From Saccostrea cucullata (Eukaryota), in contig NW_026940631.1 of NCBI RefSeq assembly GCF_032062105.1, positions 558,001-622,000 of the forward strand: DNA of 64,000 nt, written 5' to 3'. The notes below the pieces were generated by a model, which was not told the origin of the DNA, did not search any database, and saw nothing but the letters and a program-made list of their open reading frames with translations. The number at the start of each line of letters is the position of its first letter. The first letter of the stretch is position 1. The position numbers were made by a program, and so were the translations under genes. Positions 52,901-64,000 of this stretch are shown in pieces.

Positions 52901-53534
52901 AAGCCATACACATTTTTTCCAAGTAACAAAACATGGACACGGCCATTACACATGTATTCATGACATTATGTGAGACCAGGGGTATCATTTAGTGAGCTCA
53001 TTGCTCACAGTTCCTCTAGTTCTTTTTTAACATTGTAAAACTTATTAGGCGTTGTCTTTTCATTCATAAATAAACGTGCATGCATTCATTTTATATGATA
53101 GCATTTTTAGTTGGTCATCTTATTCTGAATGAGAAAATATCACTCAATAAAATTCTTTTTATCGTATTCTAAAATTGTAAACATATACACGTGTTTTTTA
53201 CAGAAAGGACAGAGATCTTCTCTTGGCAATTCTTCACAAACTAGAAGAGAGTGATCAAAGCGTTCAGGAGGAGCAACACTCCAAGACGACGGAGACAAGC
53301 CACATTCAGAGTACAGAAAGTAAAAAGAACTACCAGGAAATCCCATTGCAGTTCTTGAATTGTCCAAAGACCAAGCATCTCAGTAACCCTGTATACGAAA
53401 GTTCAAGTCAGGAAAATGTTTCATCTGAAGAGCAACATGTCGAGCTTTCAATGGCTGGCTCCATGGATGTGCAGAGTGGCCGATTCCTTTTGGAGAGTGA
53501 CAATGGAATCTATGAATTGCAAAAAAGATTCTGA
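43937..53534 (+). CDS. Receptor E: ectodomain nearly identical to C, with an unrelated TM and an NPxY-containing tail; frameshift in the stalk exon as assembled. Exons 43937-43988, 49088-49468, 49559-49741, 49945-50061, 50474-50606, 50894-50968, 52583-52673, 53204-53534
   Basis: Signal MYHTIGIIVFILIVDIQG. TM LFSSLFLFLGGVVLLVIFFLLLSVI. Tail NYQEI, NPVY and GIYEL. The stalk aligns with D only after a 1-nt shift near 50500-50518. Confidence 0.78.
44840..45922 (+). mobile_element. Helentron-associated non-autonomous element (HINE/pearl-like) with an internal tandem satellite of about 165-bp units
   Basis: 5' ttttagctcacctgaatcgaagactcaagtgagc, a (GTC/GTT)n microsatellite, repeated catcctcaggtagtgtagattca..tcaaatcatgaccc units, and 3' caggtgagcgatgtggcccatggg. 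Confidence 0.8.
46213..46386. mobile_element. Tc1/mariner-type MITE
   Basis: TA-cagtaaaactc..gagttttattg-TA with internal ttcgttata repeats. Confidence 0.65.
46900..48300 (-). mobile_element. Penelope-like retroelement fragment (RT C-terminal part and 3' region), interrupted by a TRIM
   Basis: Peptides MGTNCAPLLADLF..FRYVDDVLSINN and KLYDKRDDF..IVNFPYLCSNIPSSPAYG..SQLIRYARAC. Assignment to the Penelope-like group is from recalled family motifs. Confidence 0.75.
47323..47729 (-). mobile_element. TRIM (non-autonomous mini LTR retrotransposon) with tRNA-derived LTRs, Helenus-like
   Basis: Two 141-bp direct repeats (47323-47463 and 47589-47729) bounded by TG..CA. 4-bp TSD TTCA. On the minus strand: PBS-like TGGCGCAAACGTTGGG, PPT AGAGGGGGAC, and tRNA-like A/B boxes in each LTR. 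Confidence 0.88.
50090..50423. mobile_element. Short TTAA-flanked TIR element in intron 4 of E
   Basis: ttaaggtcagat...atcttaccttaa; absent from the homologous intron of D. Confidence 0.55.
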
Positions 53535-54889
53535 AAAAATCTTAGTTACATCACATTTCTGATTCATTTCATGGAATGTTCAAAACACACATCAGGCACA
53601 TACAAAATTTTATCAACTGAAAAAAAAGTGATTGCTGCAAAAAGAACATTCTTGCTGTTAATAGAGCTTTGTTGCTTCTCTTTTTCGAGATTTAAGGACA
53701 GATGATACAAATAAAAAAAAAATGGATGCCTGGATTGGTATATATTTTTTGCCTAATTTCATTGCAAATGATGCAAATAATAAATTTCTAGAATATAAAG
53801 AAATTGTAAACCTTCTGTGATGTTCAAAATTCTGCCATTCTGAAGCCATCCTTATTACTCTATACAAATAAAGAATTAAAAACCTCACGGTGCAAGTTAT
53901 TCATTTTATTCATTTAAACATGAACCAACTTGTTATTTCAAAATTCTTTGACAAAAGTTTGTTTGTATCATCTGTCCTTAAAATAAAATGGAAGACATTA
54001 GAGTACCTTTGACATTATTGGCCGTCAATATTATCGTAATTTTGATTTCTAGTGTGCCATGAATATTCCTTGTAATATTTTACATACAATAAACACTTAA
54101 AATTTATTGTCCCTCGTTTTTCTTGTGTTTAGAGCACTTATCTACTATCTTGCAAAGGTTGGTTCAGAGCTAATACCAGCAATGAATAAGTGAAATTTTG
54201 TCTGACATCATCATGTTTTCTTTCATACATACTGCTAGACCACTTTTTCGTTCCGATCCTGACAGGGAGTACGTGGTGGATATTACCGGTTGGCAGGGAA
54301 TGCTTACTCATTACCATGGTATTGCATTTCATCTTTGATGCCTTAAAGATCCGTGTTTGCTCTGTTTACATTCCGAACTGTTTCGAGGGACCTTTGAGGT
54401 TCATTAGCTAAGATTGGTGTTAATTACCGTATCTTCATATTTTATTCGTCAATTGAAGGATAGGAATTTACTCTTTGGACTGCTGCATCATATGGCCTGT
54501 CACAAGAACTTTGAACAGTTTCAGTCTAACCTCATGACTTTAAAATTTGATATCTGACATTTTTTTCTCTCCAAATTTGCTTTTTCCTTGTTTTTTTTTC
54601 AGCATGGAATAAAATTAATTGATAATGCCATGTCTTTTTTTCAATTATGCTGTCCTTTAATTAGTAAGGTACTGATGTATATGCTAAAGCATTGCTACTT
54701 TTTATTTGAAAAAATTGACATCTAAGTTAGACCACTTTTTTTCAAAATTTAATTTTGCCAATAATTTATTTTGAAGTTTTTTATAAATATGGTTTGAATA
54801 AAAAAAATAATAAGGTTTTCGTGACATTGATCTTCGGTCTTGTTCAAAGGTGCACCAATGTGATTTCTTTTTGTCATTTAAAGCTACAA

Positions 54890-55040
54890 TGTATTGTCGT
54901 TTTCAGTTACATATTGTCACTTGTTATGGTCATTTACAGCAATAGATTTTCGCTTGTTATGGTCTTTTACAGCAACAGAATGTCGCTTGTTATGCTGTGT
55001 ACAGTAATGGACCTTCTGATGGTCCTTTACAGCAATTTGA
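54890..55040. repeat. Degenerate minisatellite of about 30 bp
   Basis: Repeated cttgttatggtc(a/t)tttacagcaa. Confidence 0.6.
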
Positions 55041-57247
55041 CCGTAGTCTTTTTTTTAAGGTCGCAGTGACGAATCCTCAAAAGCTTAAATGTGTTGCAGT
55101 TTTTGATCTGAGCTTTGATCATGTTAAATAAATAAAATCCCAGTCCGGCGGCGGCAAGTTGTCAGCTATAAATACTGGAGAATGAAGTCGTAGACAAACT
55201 TAGATTATAGGTGTACACCCTCTGGGTGTACCCTAAACTGTCTTTCAATTTTGGAACTGTAGATTAAAGATTATATCATACGTAGATGCAGTTAATTGAA
55301 AAGTATTTAAAGGAACTGTTCTCTTGAATAACCCTCCATTTCCTAAATCACAAAGAAATGTCATTGTAGTCACAAATTCGTTTTTCTTCTATTGCTACAA
55401 TTATGATAGTATTGTTCTTTTCAAATTATAAGATTTGAATATTTGTTTATGTTGAGTTATACAACTTTAGTAATACTTCATGTATGATTGTTTCCTGATT
55501 AATTAATAAATCAAAATAGATTGGATATCATGTGATTTTTATCCTGATATTAATTATTTTCACTCATTATTCTTCCGCGTGTCATATGAATTCATAAAGC
55601 ACTGTGTCAGGGCGTGAGTATCGTATACTTGAAATTCACACTTTGGCAAAGACCTTTGGAAGAGCCGTGCTTGTTTGGGGAAGTGTAAAAGTAGATCGGT
55701 GGCATCTGCATCATAAAACACTCGTGTGAGAAATTGTTTCCCGGAAAAGTCCCTCGTGCTGTGAAAAGTTAATTTTCCAAATGGTTTTCGAACTGCATGT
55801 AAGTACTGCGAATTTATGTTAAAGTTATAAAAATTAAATTGCAAACCCAATATAAATTAAATTGTTCGTTTCAAAACTTACAAGATAATTATAATCTTTG
55901 ATTCTTTTAAGCCTTGTCAGTGTACTAGACTACGTATTTTGTTCTGGCTAACAATATTTTATCTTTTAAGTAAATGTTTCCTTTAGTATTAACTTCTACA
56001 GGTCAGAGTTTTCAAAAAATGCCTTATCCCTTAAATAGTTTATTTTAAGCACTTGTAATTATTTAGAAATTTGGCTGATTCCCTTTTGCTTGAAGAACGC
56101 ACCTGTCGATTTCAAGTTTTTCGAAGTAGTAGGATAGTTGTCAAAAATATATTAAACAGAAAGAACTGAATTACGTGAACTTAGCAGAAAACGTAAATAG
56201 TACATACGTATATGTAAACAAAATGAGAAGCGCCTATAACGTTTAGTTTGTTTCGGAAAATGATTTGATAGTTTTTAAATAATCGCTTCCTCTTGTTATC
56301 CCCCAATGAAAATTCAGTAAATACATATAATATGGTAGTTTTAAGGAGGGATTTTGAATTTCATTCAAATAATCATAGATTAAAAGCAAACAAGAAAAAA
56401 CAATCACTCAATCTAATTTTAAGAAGTTATTATTTTAGAATGTTGTATATCAATATTGTCACACTTTATACCAGTGAAAGTCACATTTCATATATAATTC
56501 ACAATGTTGATTTGTGTAGTTTGTACAATAATACATATTTTCTACCAGTTGAACACATGTACTTGGTATCTGCACCTGAATAACAGATAGGCTGTAAAAG
56601 GACAAGGTATGATAACCTCTGAATCTGGTCCCTTATTTGATGTAAACATCGGAACACAGTTAAAACTGTGATAGTTTGTAGTTAAGATCTTAAATTGATG
56701 CTTGTTTTAAAACCAGCACTAATTTTGATTCAAAGCATACATAGAGGCAACAAGAGGGTGCTGAAATAGAACATTTTCCGAATTTTCTCAATTCTGGTGG
56801 AATTTCGTCTTTGAGGTACTTTTCACTTCAGAAAACAGACCACAAGCTTGCCTACCTGAGTTTTTTAACACAAGATGCATCTAATACTAGTGTATGGAAT
56901 ATATAAATATGATAGATAGGCAAGCTTGTGATCTATGTTTTCTGAAAGAAAATGTGCTGTAAAATTGACTAAAATTTGCATAAAATGTGAAATTTCGGAA
57001 ATTGGTCTTTTTTCCCACTTCCTGTGACCTCCGTGCATTTCATAACTTATAGAACCAATACTCGTTTTGTGGCAAGGGTGATAAGTGGTTTTTAATTTAT
57101 AAAATGTTGCATCATTCTAAACGACACCCCAAACCAGAGGCCAAAAAGGGGTACGTCTTACCCTTATACTCATAATCATCTCTGTTGAATCTTTCCTGCA
57201 TATTTTCAGATATTTGATAAGTTCACCTGTTTCGGAGAATAATAGAA

Positions 57248-59181
57248 ATGTCATGTGTAAATGATGCAAATATAGGTGAGTTACGAGAGTGCTTTTATAT
57301 TTTTTTTTTATCTATCTATTTTTTAATTTTAATTATTTTTAATAAATTGACATTGTCTTTGGTGTTGCAATTACTGCTATTATTTGAAAGCAGTTATGCA
57401 AGCCCATGATACTGATTTGTATAAGCCTAACGATTGGGTTAAACAAATCTGCAGCGATTTGTTCAAGGGTCTTGAATTTACTTCTATATCAGGATTTTTT
57501 TAGAATGTTGATTGATGAGTTAGAGAAAGATTTCGGTTCTGATACTATTTCTCTAATGTCAAGAATTTAAACTAAATTGTGACTGTTATCTTATAAGTCA
57601 CCCCGACTTAATAATTTTATCTTAGAATTGTGTACAGACTCAAGTCAAAGATTATTTTTTAAAAATACCTGTTTTCCTTTGACAGAGAAAGATGTGACGG
57701 CATTGGTGGTATTGTCCGGAATTCAGACGTTTTTCTGTGTGACAATCATAGCTTCCATTGCAGTGCTGGCTTTGTATATTCGGTATATACGCATGGGAAA
57801 TCCTACTGTCCTCCGCAAAAATTTTGAATTTTTCTACTTAAATCTTTACATGACAAGACAATGTTTTCAATACTAATTTTGTAGGGGACACTGCTCTACA
57901 ACAGCAGTAAACATGCGTTATTCCCTGCTTTCACTTTCTCATATCTCTGAATTCTTTGAAATTTTTATATCGTTATGATACCATTTCTTGATGTAATCAT
58001 AATAAACAGATTTTTCTACATCGAATTACCATAACTTACCAGAAAAAGAAGATAATCAGTGTCTCTCTTTATTATCCTCGCCTTTTACATTACACGACAG
58101 AAAACAGAAGACTCTTTTCACAAATAAAGAGATATCTCTCAGGGAGAAAGAGATTCTCTTTCACCTAGAGAGATATCTCTCTTATAACAAGAGATATTTC
58201 TCTAAATATAAGAGATATCTCTCTTAAGTTGGGAGATATGTCTGTTTTTTAAGAGATATCTCTCTAAAATGAGAGATATATCTGTAATTTTAAGATAAAT
58301 TTTATTTTCCTAATAAATAGCAAAAGGGCTTGCCATACCCAGAGTTGCGAAGTAAGGAGCTGACTTTTAGGAGTGGGTTCCAATTCACTTCGGGACGTAG
58401 AGATCGTTCTTCGAACATGTCGAATGAGGCAGTATTTATTATTTAAACCGAGGCCCAATAGATGTTGACACGAAAAAGAATCATCATTGCTCAATGGCCC
58501 TAAGTGTCGAGCATAGGTATAAATTTGCAGCCCTCCACCGGCTAGTGGTGGCGTCTCCAAAAGAGTTCTAGAAATGGACGTTAAGCCATGAACAAAGAAT
58601 CAACTCCTTACTCTCTAGAGCTGACGCTCTAACCACTGCACCACGCAGTAATGACTAATTTACTAACTACATATATGTATGCCAGTTTTAACAAGAGAAA
58701 CTCAAAAGATTACAGAGGGATATTTTAACCCAAATGTACACAAACTAAATATATCAAATTTTCACATGATAATATGTTTAAACGTATGTTTTCTTATCTT
58801 TTACACTACAGCCAACAGTTACTGCTGCTTCAAAATCTGATGAGAGCAATTTTACTTCCGATGACGAATGAAGTAATTGAAAAAGACTGCAGAAAAAGTA
58901 ATGAAATAGACACGATAAAAGACCCTGATACGGTCAATCACGTGACCGCAGCGGAAGAGCAATCATTTCCTGTGACAGATCCAGTCAAACTTATCAATGA
59001 TATCGTCCAACCGGAAGGAACCAGGAAAGAGTGCAAATCAGACAGCGAGCTGTCAATCAAAAACAGGTTAATTCTATTGTCAAAATTACAGGCGGATCTA
59101 AAAGACAAAGTGGTGTACGAAAGGTGTCGTCTTCCTTTTGAAAATATTGACAATCTCAATCAATTGCTGGAGAAAAAGTAA
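57248..59181 (+). CDS. Putative small single-pass membrane protein, about 164 aa, with a very short N-terminus. Exons 57248-57275, 57686-57782, 58812-59181
   Basis: ATG exon with a gtgagt donor, a hydrophobic exon VTALVVLSGIQTFFCVTIIASIAVLALYIR, and a phase-2 join into the 135-aa ORF. An alternative micro-exon at 57885-57906 would give an early stop. Confidence 0.5.
58126..58336. repeat. Second, shorter copy of the AGAGATATCTCT 21-bp array element (about 8 units)
   Basis: Same core and terminus (aataaatagcaaaagggcttgccata) with different spacers. Confidence 0.8.
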
Positions 59182-61510
59182 AGCAAGAAAGAACACTTTG
59201 CCAACATTAATACTTTTTATTTGTCGAAGCATGATAATTATCACAAATATTTATTATATGTATATTTTCTGCATTCATTTTCCCCTTCCCGTAAACAAAA
59301 TTATTGGTTTCATGGGAATCATATTTCCATGCAAGTTTTCCGGGTTATATTTTGAAATAAACAATTATTTCCAGCTCAAACTTGGAGCAGAGATTATGAC
59401 CTGACTTCATCCAAGGGCAAGATCGGGACCACTGGCAGATAAAGTTTAAAATGGAGGCTAATTAAAAGCGGTTGTTTAATAAAACAAGGATTCCTTATGA
59501 CTAAAGTGTAATAATGGAACTCAAGGTTATTTTGGTATGGTCACTGGCAGAAACACTTTATTAAATTCTACAACTTTAGATCAATACCCTAAGCTTTTTG
59601 TTCAACAATGTCAATGAGACTAGCTCTGAACACAAGTACATGTATCTTACAGCAAAAATTTTCAAGTGACATTAGTTGCAATTGGTCACTGGATATTTAA
59701 AATTTCCTTGGTAATGCCTATAAATATTGGCTCTTTTGAAACAATTAAAATTGTAACTGAATTGAAAAAAAAAACTCTCTTAATTATGTATACGTCATTG
59801 AGTTGTTATAATGCTTATGTGGTAATAGGAATTGATGCTGTCAAAATACTAGTAGTGAAAACGATATGTTAGATAAAAGTTGTAAGTTTATTCTGCAAGC
59901 ATTGTAAAAAGTTTAACAACAACAGCTTATATAAAGATTCACTTAACTTTGTAATGAAGATGAAAACCAATTAGTTGTAGAAAATCAGAAGCTAAATTAA
60001 AAACAATGTTTTTAAGATGTATTTAATAATTTAGTGCAAGAATAACTTATAGACATACCTGCAGATATGCATCGTAATATACCTACATATTCTACAAGAA
60101 ATTTTCAAAGGAGGTGGGGAACAAGGCGTGCAGAATGCCTATAGCTTCAGATATTAAGAAATCATATTCAATTGGTGAATTAAGTATTCATATTTAGATT
60201 TCTCATTATTGAAATTAATAAAATTATGAGAAACAAATCTTTTCCGAGAGAAAAAAAAATCTCGAAAATAATTATTCTTTTATTAAAATATAAGATGGTA
60301 TTAGTGGGATTCGAACTCTAGCAATAAAAATTTGTAGTATAATACTACTTTTCCTATATTTTTAATATATCAAGCCATCTTTGCTCGAGAACTGTCTCGT
60401 TTAAGGTCAATATTTTGCAAGTTCTATGATCGATACAATGACATTTGAGCAAATACAATCTGTCATTTACTTGAATTTTAACTGACATTTTTCATACAAG
60501 TTGTTTGGCCGTTATTCCCACATTGAATTGTCCAAAGAGTTCCATCATAAGGATCACATGGCAGGTGTGAACGATCGACATGGGATGTTACTCCATGACA
60601 TCCTGTGGATGCTTACTTTATGGTTTCTGATATCAATCTCTAACAACTGGAAAGCTCCATCTAAATTGATGCACCATTTTGTATTTTAAAAAACATTTGA
60701 GTGGGTAAAGAAAATAGCTTTCGATGCTCATCATATTTGGGGGAAAAATAGTTTAAAAAGTGGACGTATCATGATCCAAGGTCAATTGACTGTTGAAGGA
60801 GGTAAAATAGTTACTGTTTGCAGTCATTGATGTGAGAGTAATTTAAGGATAGCAATGCTTACAGAAATTCTTAACTATCGACGAAATTCTATTGTTCTAA
60901 TGATATTTAACCAATGTAGTCGACATTTTCAAGTTGGTAATAACGAAATCGTGTCCTGTAGAAACGAGGATAATTTCAAAAACAACATGTCATTGAAAAG
61001 AGGAAATCCATTTATTAGTACTTGAACAGGAAGATTTTGCATTTAGTATTTTGTATATCATTTAATACAGAAATAAAATTCCAATTTGTAGACAAAATGT
61101 ATACCGGTATTTTGGTTGCTTTGAATGCCTGGAAATCAGTCCTACATATTTTTGTTTGTTTGTTTGTTTGGTTTTTTTTAAATATTTTTAAAACACGTTT
61201 CATAAAATCCATGTGCAAGCTATGTATAAAAATTTTATACGCAAGTATGTTCGCTTGTCGTTTTTTTCTTATGTCCAGATATTTACATTTTTTAGAAGTC
61301 CTAATTTTCATCGATTTGAAAAAAAATACGATTATTTATAAATGGGTGTGTTCCTACATTCCTAAAATACACCATCTTTAAACCAAGCGCCTATGAATAT
61401 CGTATATTTATTCTTTAGAGTAGGATTTCCCCCGAGGGGAAATCTCACATCAGAGCCAGATTTCCCCTCTTTCTTTCTCAGACCCAGTAGGATTTCCCTT
61501 ACTATCATGA

Positions 61511-64000
61511 TTACTTACTTACTTATCCTCTCCGTGCCCCGGAGGACGCATGAGGCCGTTCAACAACGAACGCCATTACGGCGCTCACTGGCAACAACTT
61601 GTCCCTCCTTCTAATTGTTCTAGCCCAGTTCTTCTCTTTCTTTCTCTCTCAACAGGGTGTTCTTTGGCCGTCCTCTTTGTCTCTTTCCCTCAGGGGCCCA
61701 TGTGAGAGCTGTTCTACCATGCGAGTTCTCTTCCCTTCGGAGGATAAGGCCTATCCATCTCCATCTTTTTCTTTTGATAGTGCTTGATAGAGGTATGGAT
61801 CTTGTTCTTTCATATAGTTGTTGGTTAGTTATCTTTTCAGGCCAGTGTATTTTAAGGATCCTCCTAAGGCATTTTTGGTGGAATGTATCAAGCTTTTCGT
61901 TATCTTTTTCTGTTGTTATCCATAGCTCAGCACAATACAGCGACACAGATAGAACGTTGGTGTTGAAGATCTTAAGTTTGGTCTTTGTGTTGTATTGTGC
62001 TGACTTCCATACCTTGGCAAGGGATGCAAAGGCGGTCATGGATAAGCCTAGCCTTCTCCCAATATCTGCCTCGGTTCCTCCGGTCTTGTCTATTGTGGCA
62101 CCCAGGTAGAGAAATGTTTCGACCTCTTCTATTTCTTTATCATTCAACCTGATGGCATCCTTCTTCTTCACATTTATTCTCATGCTTTTTGTTTTATCGA
62201 CGTTAATTTTTAGGCCTGTATATTCAGCATGTAATCTCCTGGTTTTCTCCTGCATGTCGCTGTGTTTGCTGGAAATAAGTGCAAGGTCGTCTGCATAATT
62301 CAGGTCTTCTAAAGTGGACATAAATTTCCAACGTATGCCTCTCTTCTTATTGTTGGTATTTCTCATTATCCAGTCTACCACAATGATGAACAAGAATCCA
62401 GACATAACACAACCTTGTCTCACTCCTGTCTGTACTTTGAACCAGTCTGTTGTTCTTCCATTCTCTATGACACAACTAGAACTTCCATCGAATACTTTCT
62501 TGATGATATCCACGTACACACACGGAATTTCATACTGCCTTAGTATGTCCCACAGTTTCTCTCTTATTATGCTGTCAAAGGCTTTTTTAAAATCTATGAA
62601 ACTTATGTACAGTGATGCTTGCCACTCTATAGACTGTTCTAAAATATTTCTCAGAATGTAAATCTGTTCTGATGTTCCTCTTCCTCTTCGATATGCAGCT
62701 TGCTCTGGTCTTAATCTGTCCTCTAGTCCATCTCTAATTCTGTCGATCACTATTCTGCAAAATACTTTAGATAGCACTGATAGTAGTGATATTCCTCTAT
62801 AGTTGTCACATATTGTCAGATCCCCTTTCTTACGTATTTTGACAATGAGCGATCTCTTCCAGTCTGTTGGTATTTCTTGCTCACTGATGATTCTGTTGAA
62901 TAAATTTGTGAGCTCTGGTGTTGAATATGATACGCTCTCATTTAGTAGCTATGTATTGATGCTATCTATGCCAGGACTCTTTCCATTCTTCTTTTTTTAT
63001 TATTGCCTTTTTAACCTCCTCCTCTGTAACTGGTGTTGTGTCAATTTCTTCAATTTCATTCTCTTGGGTGGTGCATCCTTTGGGTAAATCTGTTGTTTCT
63101 GTTGGGACATTAAGGACCTCTGCAAAATATGCTCTTTCCATTTCTCCAATATTTTTCCATCCTCAATGATTAGTTCACCATTCTTGGACCTTATGCCACT
63201 TGTCCTGCTCCTTTTTCTCCCACAAAGCTGCTTTGACGGTTTGTATTTGCTGCATTCTCTGCTTGGTTAGCTACATCTTCCAGATTTTTCCTTTTATCAG
63301 CTCTTGCTCTTCTTTTCACTTGTCTTTGGTCTTATATTCTTCTGTCTTAATTTCCTTCATTCTCTCCGAATTTGATCTTCCTATTTCTTCCTTTAGTTTT
63401 CTCCTTTCATCTATGGCTTTGTAAGTTTCTGCAGTTAGCCAGTCTTTGTTCTTCCTTTTCTTCTGGCCCAGGATCTTTTTTCTGTTTCATTATATGCTTC
63501 TTTTACAAGAGTCCATTTTTTATTAATTGTGTTTTCGTCATCGACCAGTTGCTGAATCCTATTCCGTAGTTCAAGTTGGAATCCTTTGCTTATCTTTGGA
63601 TCTTTCAGCTTGTTGACATCATACATCTACCTGTTGCTTTCCTTTGGCTTTAAGTTTCTGCAGAGCTTCATCTTTACTTTAGCCAGTACTAGATGGTGAT
63701 CTGAATTGGCATCTGCACCTCGCATAACTCTTTCATCAAATACAGACTTCTTGTATCTGCCGTTCACCATTACATGGTCATTTGGTTCCTATCTCTACCA
63801 TTAGGTGACTCCCATGTAAGCTTGTGTATGTCGAGGTGCTTAAAGAGGGTTCCACAGATGATTAAGTTATTAAGAGCACACATTTCTGCTAACCTCATGC
63901 CGTTTTCATTCACAATCCCAATGCCCTCTTGTCCCATTGTCCCATGACTCTTTTCCATCCTTCATTCGACTTTCCCACTTTTGCATTTGCATCACCCATT
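61511..64000 (-). mobile_element. Degraded non-LTR retrotransposon (RTE-like LINE) with APE endonuclease remnant and reverse transcriptase; runs off the window edge
   Basis: RT motifs FIDFKKAFDS, GVRQGC and YADD. C-terminus ALTWAPEGKRQRGRP. Endonuclease remnant NENGMRL..TWESPNG. (TAAG)n 3' tail at 61511-61525. Several frameshifts. Confidence 0.9.

Noticed and set aside
56830-56942. Short inverted repeat upstream of the small membrane gene
   Set aside because: Probably an internal part of a decayed MITE; no TSD could be identified.
61657-63569. Plus-strand hydrophobic ORFs
   Set aside because: Antisense shadows of the LINE ORF.

Overview
Eukaryotic, AT-rich, intron-containing DNA. The Helentron-associated satellite elements, Penelope-like remnants and a Pif-like gene point to a bivalve, probably an oyster (inference). 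Exon models were built by hand from GT-AG sites and reading phase. (1) 5532-10956: one intact secreted gene of about 1524 aa, with a large (PTTPE)n mucin stalk, three chitin-binding-like Cys modules and a LamG-like domain (Pif/BMSP-like C-terminus, no VWA). (2) 14880-53534: a head-to-tail cluster of five paralogous type-I membrane receptor genes (A-E) that the ORF track shows only as fragments. Each has a signal peptide, an 8-Cys SUEL/rhamnose-binding-lectin-like domain lacking the sugar-binding motifs, a second beta-rich Cys domain, an S/T stalk, a TM segment and a tyrosine-motif tail. Tails differ (ITIM-like, ITAM-like, NPxY). C and E have near-identical ectodomains but unrelated tails, D looks like an E/C recombinant, and several copies are frameshifted. 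This looks like a rapidly evolving paired immune-receptor-like locus and is the best candidate for an undescribed system. (3) 57248-59181: a small single-pass membrane protein candidate. (4) Many transposable elements: a TRIM with tRNA-like LTRs, a 78-bp perfect-hairpin MITE with a 9-bp TSD, TIR elements, HINEs, Penelope-like fragments, SINE-like elements and a degraded RTE-like LINE at the right edge.
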